This document shows positions 8,376 through 19,334 of a stretch of 64,000 nt of DNA, piece by piece. Origin of the DNA: Patescibacteria group bacterium. GTDB taxonomy: Bacteria > Patescibacteriota > Minisyncoccia > Phycocordibacterales > UBA918. Under the pieces are notes generated by a model. It saw nothing but the letters and a program-made list of their open reading frames with translations, made no database searches and was not told the origin of the DNA. The position numbers and the translations under genes were made by a program. Each line of letters starts with the position of its first letter. Positions within the stretch are counted from its first letter, which is position 1. The DNA lies in NCBI GenBank assembly GCA_039188945.1, contig JBCCYW010000001.1, positions 43,003 to 107,002 on the forward strand, given 5' to 3'.

Positions 8376-8585
8376 TTAGCCGTCATTGACGATCGGTCTC
8401 ATTTCGAGAACTTGACCGTCTTTGTTCACGAATGTGAGCCTGAGGAGCGTGACAGCTTCATTTTTGTCGTTGAGGGCAATGCTCAGGTCGATAAAATAGT
8501 ACATGGTTCCTTCGGGCACTACACAAGAGAACTCCTTGACGCTGATGCCAAAGAAGGAACTGTTCGAGATGTTGAGAAGTGCCAT
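8376..8585 (-). CDS. Orphan small protein antisense within atp operon
   Basis: ATG at 8585 with GGAG 9 nt upstream (alternative TTG at 8600); own terminator; TTGACA on minus strand at 8641-8646. Confidence 0.5.
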   Translation of the reverse strand: MALLNISNSSFFGISVKEFSCVVPEGTMYYFIDLSIALNDKNEAVTLLRLTFVNKDGQVLEMRPIVNDG

Positions 8586-8647
8586 TGCAATGGTCTCCAA
8601 TCTTCTGATGTTTCAATACATTTAACATAATTTTGTATATTGTCAAT

Positions 8648-9553
8648 ATGGCGCTTAAACAAATCAAAAACAAAATAATTTCTACCCAAAAGACTGGCAA
8701 AGTGACTAAGGCCATGGAGTCTGTGTCTGCGGTGAAGATGCGTAAGAGCCAGGAGCGGGCGTTTGCTGGCCGACCATATGTTCATGCCGCGCTACGAATT
8801 CTTTCCCGCTTAGCTAACTCGCAAGATGGCCTCTCACACCCACTAGCTGAGAAACGAAGTGCTGGTAAGAAACTTATAGTTATTGTGACCAGCGATAAGG
8901 GTTTGGCGGGGAGTGTGAATAGCGCCGTACTCAAGCGAGTTGATGATATGGCTAAGAATGGCAATGAGTTTGACGTGATCGCAGTTGGTCGTAAGGCAAT
9001 AGAGTATGCAAAGCGCGAGGGACACACGCTGCTTGGGGAGTACATGAACATTGCTGATGATGTCACTATGGAAGATGTCTACGATATGACCGCCAAGGTG
9101 ATGGAGGCATTTTCAGGAGACTCTTCATATAGTGAAGTGGAGGTAGTCTATCAAAATTTTCTCTCAACTTTCGAGCAAGAACCAACCAAGCGACAGGTGT
9201 TGCCGCTCGATCCAGCTGAACTGCATTACATCATGCGTGGCATCAAGCCAAAAGAAGGGAAATGGAGTGGCGATGTAGAGGGGCCAGAATCAACCATTGG
9301 GTATACGGTAGAGCCTTCTGCAGAAGAAGTGTTGAATACCCTTATTCCCCAGTTGGTACAGATTGTGCTCTACCACGCCCTGCTTGAAAGCAAAGCGTCT
9401 GAGCATTCTGCGCGGATGGTGGCGATGAAAAACGCCACTGACAAGAGTAAGGAAGTAGCCAAGGCACTTACACTCAAGTACAACAAAGCCCGCCAGGCAG
9501 TGATTACGGCTGAGGTAAGTGAAATTACCGGAGGTATTGAAGCTATGAAGTAG
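8648..9553 (+). CDS. atpG: F0F1 ATP synthase subunit gamma
   Basis: KVTKAME, SDKGLAG, SEHSARMVAMKNATD, YNKARQAVITAE motifs. Confidence 0.96.
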   Translation: MALKQIKNKIISTQKTGKVTKAMESVSAVKMRKSQERAFAGRPYVHAALRILSRLANSQDGLSHPLAEKRSAGKKLIVIVTSDKGLAGSVNSAVLKRVDDMAKNGNEFDVIAVGRKAIEYAKREGHTLLGEYMNIADDVTMEDVYDMTAKVMEAFSGDSSYSEVEVVYQNFLSTFEQEPTKRQVLPLDPAELHYIMRGIKPKEGKWSGDVEGPESTIGYTVEPSAEEVLNTLIPQLVQIVLYHALLESKASEHSARMVAMKNATDKSKEVAKALTLKYNKARQAVITAEVSEITGGIEAMK

Positions 9554-9579
9554 TTCCTGGTAGAAGAGGGCTTTTGTGA

Positions 9580-11028
<1,449 letters not shown>

Positions 11029-11033
11029 AAACT

Positions 11034-11276
11034 ATGGCTAAATTACTTAAACTCACGATCTCTAAAGTTGATGGACCAGTCTTTGACGGTGCGGTTGCTT
11101 CTGTCCATGTGCCGGGCATTGACGGAGAAATGGAGATTCTCGCTAATCATGAACCACTAATTTCTCCTCTGAAGGCAGGAAAGGTAACGGTAAAGAAGGA
11201 GAGCGGGGAAGAATCATATGACATCCAAGCTGGAACTCTAGAAATATCAAACAACCACGCTACTATTTTGATTTAA
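11034..11276 (+). CDS. atpC: F0F1 ATP synthase subunit epsilon, N-terminal beta domain only
   Basis: VPGIDGEMEILANHEPLIS motif; 80 aa. Confidence 0.9.
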   Translation: MAKLLKLTISKVDGPVFDGAVASVHVPGIDGEMEILANHEPLISPLKAGKVTVKKESGEESYDIQAGTLEISNNHATILI

Positions 11277-11284
11277 TCTGTAGA

Positions 11285-11315
11285 CAAAAGCCCGCGCCTT
11301 CGGCGCGGGCTTTTG
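11285..11315 (+). terminator. atp operon terminator
   Basis: CAAAAGCCCGCGCC-TTC-GGCGCGGGCTTTTG. Confidence 0.85.
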
Positions 11316-11330
11316 CTATAGTTGAGTAAT

Positions 11331-11858
11331 ATGGAACACATTACATCACTGATCGTTATCGCTCAAACAACTGCTATTTACTTAGGAGTTGGTTCGTCAA
11401 CACTGGCCATCACTAGCTTTTTTGTATCAATTTACGACGGTGTCATAGAACCAGTAGAGAGAAAAATGCTTGGAGTTATCTACTGGGTCCTGAGGCTGGC
11501 AATGGTGCTGATTGCGGCCACAACTCTTATCCTCCACTTAGCTTTCCCTGAAGTACTTGGCTCACTAGTTTGGTATATGTGGATTTTAATCGCTGTGCTA
11601 TACGCAAACGCTACATTGATGACACTAAAGCTGATGCCGAGCAAGTTTGGCCCGTCAATCCAAGCTGCTACGTGGTACACGCTCGGTTTTTTAGTCACCA
11701 TTCAAATGTTTGATCTCTATGTTGTAGATACACAACTGTTTATCAACCTCTATGCAGCAGACCTTTTAGTAATGCTCGCTAGTGTGAATGGCTATATGCA
11801 GCTTTTAAAGTGGAAACAAGCCAAAGCGAAAGAACATGATGACGAAGCTCGTCATTAA
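11331..11858 (+). CDS. Hypothetical integral membrane protein
   Basis: About 5 hydrophobic segments; -10 TATAGT 8 nt upstream of ATG. Confidence 0.7.
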   Translation: MEHITSLIVIAQTTAIYLGVGSSTLAITSFFVSIYDGVIEPVERKMLGVIYWVLRLAMVLIAATTLILHLAFPEVLGSLVWYMWILIAVLYANATLMTLKLMPSKFGPSIQAATWYTLGFLVTIQMFDLYVVDTQLFINLYAADLLVMLASVNGYMQLLKWKQAKAKEHDDEARH

Positions 11859-11876
11859 GATATTTCTATTCAACGT

Positions 11877-14800
11877 CTAGTCAGCTAGCTCGCCTGGGTT
11901 ACGGTTGTAGATGATTGGAATAAAGAGAAGCGTGATCAATACTGAGAACACCAAACCAAACATGACTGCGTATGCGAGTGGCGCCCACAAATCACCAGCG
12001 TAGGTGAGTGGCACCATACCAATCACAGTGGTAAGCATCGTGAGAAGAATCGGTCGTAAGCGACTACCAGCTGATTCTAGTACTACCTCCGTGATGTTCA
12101 TAGTTGGATTATCACGACGCATCTGATTCATGATATCGATTAGAAGAATTGAATTATTGACGACAATTCCAGACAAAGCAATGAAGCCCATAATAGAAGG
12201 GAAGGAGAGTGAGCTCTGAGTAATGGCGAGTCCGGCAAAGATACCAATAAGCGAGTACGGCAGGATTGAGAGAACGTACAACATGTGACGGTACGAATTA
12301 AACTGAAGGGTGAGAATACCAACCATCAAAGACACACCAACCACCAACGCCAAAAGCATCTCAATAAAGGCTTGGTTAGATTCGTCTGTCTCACCGCCGC
12401 CAGTACTGATTTCAATACCATTAGGGATATCGATTTCACTATTTATTCGGGCCAACGCTTCGGTCTGGGCCTCGCGAGCATTACCAGCAGCGGTCACATC
12501 TGCAGTAACCGATACCACACGTTTGCCTTCTTCATGATCAATCACTGAGCTTGATTCCCGTAGCTTAATTGTGACCAATTCTGAGAGAGCGATCGGACCG
12601 TTAATACCAGGCAGATCAATTCGAGCTAGGTCGTCAACGGTCGCGAGATTAGTGGTGTCGCTGGTTACGGCTGTGCCTTGATCAATGTTTAGTTTTACAA
12701 CTACATCGATATCTTCATCAAGCGTGGTGAGTGAGGTTGCGTCTGATCCAAAGACAGCGGTACGAGCAATTTGAGATACAGTAAACGGTGAGAGGCCAGC
12801 TGCGGCTGTCTTGGCTCGATCAAGCTCTAGCACAAACTCGGTACTGTTGTTATTAGTACTTGTTTGTACATTTGTGCTATTTGGAACTGAAGCAAAGATT
12901 TGCGCCGCTTCGTTCGCAACACGCGTTAGCTCAGTGAGGTCATCACCGAGGAACTTCACAATAATTGCCGCACCAGTAGGAGGGCCATCAGACGGTTGGT
13001 TTACCGTTACTTTTACATCTCGAATATCACTCATCGCAGCGCGGAGTGTGGTCACCACATCGGTACTAGTGCGATCACGATCACCGTCAAGGGTAATAAA
13101 GAGGTTAGCGAGTTTTTCACCACTACCACCAGCCCCAAAATCACTACCACTACCAACCGTGACGGTGAATGAATCTATGTCAGGCTCGGCGTAGATCACT
13201 TCTTCAACTCGGCGCACGGCAATGTCGGTGATTTCTTTGGTGGTACCTTCAGTTTCTTCAACTTCGACGATCACAAAATCTACATCAGACTGCTCAAAGA
13301 AAATCACTTTCACTAAGCTAGCACTCGGCAAGACAGATGAGGCAAGAACTGCAGCAATACCCACGCTCACACCAGTAGTAAACACCCATAGACCAAGCGC
13401 AGATAGTGTTTTACAGAGTGGTCCGAAGGTAAGTCGTCGCACAAAGCGATACCGCCAGCGGTATGTTACATAAATCAGTACCGCTGCAACCAAACCGGCA
13501 TACGCGTTGAAGGTAAGGAAGATGCCAAGAATAAGGAGAGCAGCAATGAGAGCGGTAAACCGGTCTTCTTTGTCTGGGTTACCAAGAATCTGCGAGATGT
13601 ATCCTTTGTACCAAGTTTCAAGTTGGCGCGCATACTCAACTTGTTTTTGCTCAAGTTTTGTAGCACTACGACGTCGCAAGAAACCAGAAGCCAGTAGAGG
13701 AATAATGGCGAGTGATACAAACATCGAAGCAAAGAGGAGGAAGATGAGCGTAAACGGAATACTTGAGATGAATTGTCCGATCACTCCAGAGGTAATGAAG
13801 AGACCAACAAACATCGAGACGGTCGTCAGGGTTCCAGAGATCAACGGTGCTTTAAATTCACGAATTGTTTCTAGCGCCGCTTCTCGTTTATCGATGGTAG
13901 GGTCATTCTTCATTTTCCGGTTGATCCCCTCGACCATCACAATGGCAGAGTCAACCAAAATACCGACTCCAAGAATCAAGGAAAAGAGACTCAGGAAGTT
14001 AATGGTGTTTCCAGAGAAGTAGAGTCCGATAAATCCAAATAGGAAGGAGAGGGGAATAGCTGTTCCAGCTAGCAAGCCTTCACGCCAACCGATGGCGACA
14101 ATCAAGAGAAGGACTACCAAAATAACTGTCTGCAGACCAGAAGAACCAAGACGTACTAAGTCTTCATTGATATCATCACCGCCGTCTTGAATGGTGACAC
14201 TCTCAATACCGTCTAGTAATCCGCCGGGGAGCTTGAGTTCATCAATTCGATCGCCAACTGCACCGGTAATTCTGGTGATATCGCCACCACTTTGCTTGTA
14301 CACTGCCATTGAAATAGAAGGCTGGGAAGGTTGGTTGTTGAGACTTAATCGCGAGATAGTGGTAGCTGGTGCAAGCCCATCGACCACATCAGCTACATCG
14401 CGAATAAATACTGGCTGACCACCACGAGTGGTAATCGCAACATTAGGAATTTGACTAGCGTCAGATATGTCGCCTTCAAAAGCAACGTTGTATGAAATAC
14501 CATCATTTTCAATCTGGCCAATTGGGAAGGTGAGGTTGGCATTTCGTAAGGCGTTAGTGACATCAGAAAGCGTTAGATCAAATTGAAATAGTGAAGTCTG
14601 GTCGACAATTACCGTAATTTCGCGATCGCGGACACCACTAAACTCTACTCGTGATACACCAGTGATTGATTCAATTTCATCTTCCAAATCGAGCGACAAC
14701 TGATTAAACGATACATCTGAGAGCTCTGCTGAGAGAGCAACCTGCATGATTGGTTGATCTTGAAAATTTACTTCAGATACCAATGGGTCTTCTGCATCAT

Positions 14801-15155
14801 CTGGCAGCTCAGGTACAATTTTATCGACTTCGTCTTTGAGGTCACTGATTGATTTATCAAGATCGGCGCTGGCATCAAACTCAACGACTACACTTGAAAC
14901 ACCTTCGCGTGATACCGAAGTGATCTCGTCGACATTCTCAAGCGTATTTAAGTTGCGTTCAATTTCGTTTGTCACGAGCGACTCAACATCAGCCGCGGGG
15001 GCTCCTGGAAGAACGGTGGTAATAACACCAACGGGCACAATCACTTCTGGAGCAGATTCACGAGCAATAGAAAAGATAGAAAACGTCCCAATTCCAATCA
15101 ATCCAATAAGAAACAAGTAGGCAAACTTGTTATTTTTTATGAAGAATTCCCACAT
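11877..15155 (-). CDS. RND efflux transporter permease (AcrB/MdtB family)
   Basis: 1092 aa; GILVDSAIVMVE, GIVVNNSILL, RLRPILLT motifs. Confidence 0.93.
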   Translation of the reverse strand: MWEFFIKNNKFAYLFLIGLIGIGTFSIFSIARESAPEVIVPVGVITTVLPGAPAADVESLVTNEIERNLNTLENVDEITSVSREGVSSVVVEFDASADLDKSISDLKDEVDKIVPELPDDAEDPLVSEVNFQDQPIMQVALSAELSDVSFNQLSLDLEDEIESITGVSRVEFSGVRDREITVIVDQTSLFQFDLTLSDVTNALRNANLTFPIGQIENDGISYNVAFEGDISDASQIPNVAITTRGGQPVFIRDVADVVDGLAPATTISRLSLNNQPSQPSISMAVYKQSGGDITRITGAVGDRIDELKLPGGLLDGIESVTIQDGGDDINEDLVRLGSSGLQTVILVVLLLIVAIGWREGLLAGTAIPLSFLFGFIGLYFSGNTINFLSLFSLILGVGILVDSAIVMVEGINRKMKNDPTIDKREAALETIREFKAPLISGTLTTVSMFVGLFITSGVIGQFISSIPFTLIFLLFASMFVSLAIIPLLASGFLRRRSATKLEQKQVEYARQLETWYKGYISQILGNPDKEDRFTALIAALLILGIFLTFNAYAGLVAAVLIYVTYRWRYRFVRRLTFGPLCKTLSALGLWVFTTGVSVGIAAVLASSVLPSASLVKVIFFEQSDVDFVIVEVEETEGTTKEITDIAVRRVEEVIYAEPDIDSFTVTVGSGSDFGAGGSGEKLANLFITLDGDRDRTSTDVVTTLRAAMSDIRDVKVTVNQPSDGPPTGAAIIVKFLGDDLTELTRVANEAAQIFASVPNSTNVQTSTNNNSTEFVLELDRAKTAAAGLSPFTVSQIARTAVFGSDATSLTTLDEDIDVVVKLNIDQGTAVTSDTTNLATVDDLARIDLPGINGPIALSELVTIKLRESSSVIDHEEGKRVVSVTADVTAAGNAREAQTEALARINSEIDIPNGIEISTGGGETDESNQAFIEMLLALVVGVSLMVGILTLQFNSYRHMLYVLSILPYSLIGIFAGLAITQSSLSFPSIMGFIALSGIVVNNSILLIDIMNQMRRDNPTMNITEVVLESAGSRLRPILLTMLTTVIGMVPLTYAGDLWAPLAYAVMFGLVFSVLITLLFIPIIYNRNPGELAD

Positions 15156-15157
15156 AG

Positions 15158-16717
15158 TTAATTTTGCTGAATTGCTTCTACGCTTTCACCAGCGGTTAGT
15201 CCTCGAGCATCAAGGACAATTATGGTTGTCGCTTCAATCCCATTGAGTACCTCTACAAACGTCCCGCGAATTTCTCCAATTTCTACTGGGTTTGCAGTTA
15301 GAAGACCGTCCTCTACGGTAAAGATCGATCCGCTTTCTGCTGTGAATTTGACAGCTGTAATTGGCACAAATAGTCGCTGTTCAACAGTCTCTGGAACATT
15401 CTCTTGATCAAGAGTAATGGTTACTGTGTCGCCACTAAACAACTCTGCTTCGGTGGCGATTTTTACCTCAATCTTTCGGGTTTCTGAATCGACTGCCGGA
15501 GCGATACTGGTAACTGTCCCTTCAACACCGCCCTCAATTGAGACGATCTGTCCAACTGTAATACTTTCCCGGTCACGTTCACCGACAAACGTCGTGATCT
15601 CAAGAGCGTTGTTGTTTGCCACTTCAGCAATACGAGCAAATGAGCCAACAAAATCACCAGCGTCAACACTTAGGCTGTTTACGGTTCCAGCAATTGGCGT
15701 GCGGAGGATAGTTTTCTCAAGGTTAGCCTGGGCAGAACGAAGTGAGCCAAGAGCTTGTTTTACCTGAGCATCAGCGCTGGAAACAGCACTTCCGGTACCT
15801 GAAATCTGCGCTCGCTCAAGCGCTTCTTCAGCGTTGTTAATTGCAGTGATCGTTGTATCTATCTCATTGATAGATGAGTTCACGCTGACTCGAGCGGTAT
15901 TAAGTTGCTCCCGAAAAGCACCAAGTTCTGCAGCTGTATAGCGCTCTTCGTTTTTATTATCTGCAACAGTAATAGTGAAGGCGTCCACCATTGCGTTAAG
16001 ACGATTGAGCAGTTGCTGAGCTTCACGCAATTCAGCGACAAGATCCGCACCGCTCGTGATACTTTCAGCTCGTTGCTGCCAGTCACTGAGGATAGATCGG
16101 AAAGCAATTCGCTCTTCGTTAAGGAAAAGAGTGTTTGGACCTTCGAGACGAATACCTGGAATGGCACCATCTTCAGGATTCGTAAAAAACTGGTCCATGA
16201 CATTGCGAACCACGCTATTGGCAGTTGTGTATGAAGAGCGATACGTAGCTAGGGCTGAGTTGTTGGCTGCTGCAACATTGTTTGACGCTTCGTCTAAACC
16301 AACGTCACTACTAGCTGCTGCAGCTAGCGCTGCTTCATAAGCACCTTCAGCTTGCAGTACAGACGCTCGTTCGGAAGCATTTTCTTGTTGGGCTAAAATC
16401 TGTCCAGCAGCAACCGTATCGCCGAGATCTACATTTACACTGACAATCCGGCCTCCCACTTCAGTCTCAATCTGGGCCTGGCTAACCGCTTTTACTGTAC
16501 CAATGAGTTCAACTGAGGCAGCAGTGGTCTGACTAGCTGCTGGCGCCACGTTGACGGTTGGGAGTTGCTCAGCAACTTCTTCTGCTACTGTTGAACCACG
16601 TGAGCTAATAATAAGCCCTACTACAAGGAGGACAATTACAATCAAACCAATAATCCGTACAGTTCGTTTGCCGTACCACTCATATAATCGAGTGATGCCA
16701 CGAGATACCATGCTCAT
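15158..16717 (-). CDS. RND membrane fusion (adaptor) protein
   Basis: N-terminal TM; lipoyl halves (GGRIVSVNVDLGDTV; LRTPIAGTV); long helical hairpin; adjacent to RND permease. Confidence 0.88.
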   Translation of the reverse strand: MSMVSRGITRLYEWYGKRTVRIIGLIVIVLLVVGLIISSRGSTVAEEVAEQLPTVNVAPAASQTTAASVELIGTVKAVSQAQIETEVGGRIVSVNVDLGDTVAAGQILAQQENASERASVLQAEGAYEAALAAAASSDVGLDEASNNVAAANNSALATYRSSYTTANSVVRNVMDQFFTNPEDGAIPGIRLEGPNTLFLNEERIAFRSILSDWQQRAESITSGADLVAELREAQQLLNRLNAMVDAFTITVADNKNEERYTAAELGAFREQLNTARVSVNSSINEIDTTITAINNAEEALERAQISGTGSAVSSADAQVKQALGSLRSAQANLEKTILRTPIAGTVNSLSVDAGDFVGSFARIAEVANNNALEITTFVGERDRESITVGQIVSIEGGVEGTVTSIAPAVDSETRKIEVKIATEAELFSGDTVTITLDQENVPETVEQRLFVPITAVKFTAESGSIFTVEDGLLTANPVEIGEIRGTFVEVLNGIEATTIIVLDARGLTAGESVEAIQQN

Positions 16718-16827
16718 AATTCTCAATATATCCTTTAAAAACAAACCAAAATTACAACATTTTCATTGATTTGTCTACATATTCTACTAACGCTACTACT
16801 ACACCACATGGTATGATTTCTTTCATT

Positions 16828-17142
16828 ATGTTTGGAAAAATCAAAAATTACGCGATGAAGAAGGTCATGGAACGCCAAATGAAAAATGTTCCTGAAGACC
16901 AACGTCAGATGATAATGGAAATGGTGGAAAAAGATCCGGAAACCTTTGAAAAAATTGCCAAGGAAATGCAAGCTGAAATGAAGACTAATGGGAATAACCA
17001 GATGGCTGCTGCGATGAAAGTCTTTCCGAAATACCAAGCTGAGCTTATGAAATCGATGACGCCTGAGACTCGGCAAAAGTTGATGCAAATGCAGGGAGGC
17101 GCACAAGGCCAATTCAATCCGAATGGGTCAATTCGTCGCTAG
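16828..17142 (+). CDS. Met-rich helical hypothetical protein
   Basis: 104 aa with 15 Met; -10 TATGAT upstream. Confidence 0.75.
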   Translation: MFGKIKNYAMKKVMERQMKNVPEDQRQMIMEMVEKDPETFEKIAKEMQAEMKTNGNNQMAAAMKVFPKYQAELMKSMTPETRQKLMQMQGGAQGQFNPNGSIRR

Positions 17143-17200
17143 ACAGTAATTAACAAGGAGTCAGGGTAAAATCCTGGCTTTTTTGTATACTTTAGTCATT

Positions 17201-17779
17201 ATGGCAAAGAAAATTTTAGTTCTTTTAGGTCATCCAGACCATGAGACATTCTCCGGTGGCGTAGCTGATCGCTACCAAGCTGCAGCAGAAGACGCAGGGC
17301 ACGAGGTGCAGCGAGTAAATCTTGGCCAGCTGCACTTTGACCCTATCCTCCATAAAGGCTACAAAGAAATTCAAGAACTAGAACCTGACCTTATCGATTT
17401 GCAAGAAAAATTTCGTTGGGCAGACCATATTGTCATCGTCTATCCGAATTGGTGGGTCACTATGCCGGCTCTACTGAAAGGTTTGTTTGATCGATTCTGG
17501 CTTCCAGGCTTTGCTTTTAACTTTAATAAAGAAACCAAGCAGATTGAAAAGCATCTCAAAGGTCGTACCGCGCGGGTGATTATTGTATCCGGTACGCATA
17601 GCCCATTCCAAACCTGGTGGCGCTTTGGTGATTATACCAATGAAATCCAGTACGGCATCTTAGAGTTTGCCGGTATCAAAACCGCAGTGTCCACTTTCGG
17701 CCCGTGCGAAAAAGTTGATAATACCTGCCGCGAACGCTGGATGAGTCAGATCGATAAATTAGCAAAGAAGGGTTGCTGA
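17201..17779 (+). CDS. Flavodoxin-fold NAD(P)H:quinone oxidoreductase
   Basis: LGHPD, WADHIVIVYPNWW..MPALLKG.FDR motifs. Confidence 0.88.
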   Translation: MAKKILVLLGHPDHETFSGGVADRYQAAAEDAGHEVQRVNLGQLHFDPILHKGYKEIQELEPDLIDLQEKFRWADHIVIVYPNWWVTMPALLKGLFDRFWLPGFAFNFNKETKQIEKHLKGRTARVIIVSGTHSPFQTWWRFGDYTNEIQYGILEFAGIKTAVSTFGPCEKVDNTCRERWMSQIDKLAKKGC

Positions 17780-17827
17780 TTTTGCTCTGCAATTGTAAGC
17801 TCTGAAGAGAAAAAATGGAGTTGTCCA

Positions 17828-18031
17828 ATGCAAAAAGCTGCACTGTGCCTGTTACTTATGCAGGTGATTATTATTCTATTCTGGATCCTAGGAGGTTTCA
17901 CCCTATTTGGATTCAGTGACACATGGCCCTTAATGCCATGGAGCAACAACTTCGGAGCAATTCTCCTTGTTCTTTCGTTGGTTGATCTACTCCTTTTCAT
18001 TGTCGCTTTCAGGAGTGATGAAGTAGGTTAG
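17828..18031 (+). CDS. Orphan small 2-TM membrane protein
   Basis: TTGCTG-N17-TAAGCT promoter, GGAG SD, hairpin 18036-18060 downstream. Confidence 0.55.
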   Translation: MQKAALCLLLMQVIIILFWILGGFTLFGFSDTWPLMPWSNNFGAILLVLSLVDLLLFIVAFRSDEVG

Positions 18032-18092
18032 AGAAGAAACGGCCCTGTTTAGGGCCTTTCAATTTGTCTAAATACTGATAAGCTATCGGTCT

Positions 18093-19193
18093 ATGCAACT
18101 TTCTGTAGGAATTGTTGGGCTGCCAAACGTTGGGAAATCAACCCTTTTTAATGCACTAACCAAGAGCGCTGTACCCGCAGAGAACTATCCCTTTTGCACC
18201 ATTGATCCTTCAGTGGGGATTGTTCCGGTACCAGACAATCGTTTGTATACACTCTCAGACCTGTCAAAATCGCAAGAAACCATTCCGGCAGTAGTTGAAT
18301 TTGTAGACATCGCAGGCTTGGTAAAAGGCGCATCGGCTGGAGAAGGCCTCGGTAACCAATTTCTCGCCAACATTCGTGAGGTTGATATGATCGCCGAAGT
18401 GGTGCGTATCTTTGAAGACGAGAATATTCATCATGTTGATGGAGCAGTAGACCCTATGAGTGACATTGAAGTTATTAATCTTGAGCTCATTATGGCAGAC
18501 CAAGAGACAGTTTCGAAGCGTCTCGGTTCACTCGAGCGAGACGTAAAGCGTGGCGATAAAGAAGCTGCGAAAGAAGCTGAGGTACTGGAAAAAGTGGCTC
18601 GAGTACTTGAAGCTGGTAAGTTGGCGAATTCGACACAGTTAGAAAAAGAGGAGTTGAACCTGGTTAAGGGACTACATCTTTTAACGATGAAGCCATTTTT
18701 GTATGTCTGCAACAAAAAGAACGATGCCTTTAACTTTGATGAAAATAATGATGAGCGCTGGAAGGAGCTCCTCAATTTCTTTGAAACAACTGGCGCCCAG
18801 TATGTTGTTATTGATGCCGGAGTAGAGCATGAACTCAAAGACCTTGATGAAGAAGAGAAAACGGAGTTTCGCCGTGAATACGGTTCTCAAGCCAGTGGGA
18901 TCGACAATCTCATTCGAGCCAGCTACGACCTGCTGGGTCTGATGTCATACTTTACAACCGGTGAGAAAGAGACTCGTGCCTGGACCATTGAGAAGGGGAG
19001 TACTGGCCCCGAAGCTGGTGCCGCGATCCACACTGACTTTAAAGATAAATACATTAGAGCTCAGGTCGTAGCCTTTGACGATTTTGTGGCCGCTGGCTCA
19101 CAAGCAGCCGCCCGTGAGCAAGGCAAGCTTCGTACTGAAGGGAAAGAATATATTGTGCAAGACGGTGATGTGATTGAGTTCATGCACTCGTAG
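18093..19193 (+). CDS. ychF: Redox-regulated ATPase YchF
   Basis: GLPNVGKSTLFNALT, YPFCTIDP, DIAGLVKGAS, EGKEYIVQDGD. Confidence 0.97.
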   Translation: MQLSVGIVGLPNVGKSTLFNALTKSAVPAENYPFCTIDPSVGIVPVPDNRLYTLSDLSKSQETIPAVVEFVDIAGLVKGASAGEGLGNQFLANIREVDMIAEVVRIFEDENIHHVDGAVDPMSDIEVINLELIMADQETVSKRLGSLERDVKRGDKEAAKEAEVLEKVARVLEAGKLANSTQLEKEELNLVKGLHLLTMKPFLYVCNKKNDAFNFDENNDERWKELLNFFETTGAQYVVIDAGVEHELKDLDEEEKTEFRREYGSQASGIDNLIRASYDLLGLMSYFTTGEKETRAWTIEKGSTGPEAGAAIHTDFKDKYIRAQVVAFDDFVAAGSQAAAREQGKLRTEGKEYIVQDGDVIEFMHS

Positions 19194-19235
19194 AAAGAGC
19201 TAGATGTCTCAAAACTTCTTGTGATACTACCTAAA

Positions 19236-19331
19236 GTAGACTCAAGCAAAGCTAGAGAGAAAGCGACTATGTTTGGGAGGGTTTGGCTGGGGCAAACAAG
19301 GAGTGATCGAATCAGTTTTGCTTGTGTGTAC
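19236..19331 (+). repeat. Dispersed structured element, copy 1 (G-rich strand on +)
   Basis: Core 19264-19313 matches reverse complement of 45815-45864 at 43/50 nt; closed by CAAGCAAAGCT/AGTTTTGCTTG stem. Confidence 0.8.
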
Positions 19332-19334
19332 AAA

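Noticed and set aside
8277-8630. + strand 117-aa ORF between atpA and atpG
   Set aside because: TTG start inside atpA and runs through a terminator hairpin; the minus-strand ORF has better signals, though this one is not fully excluded
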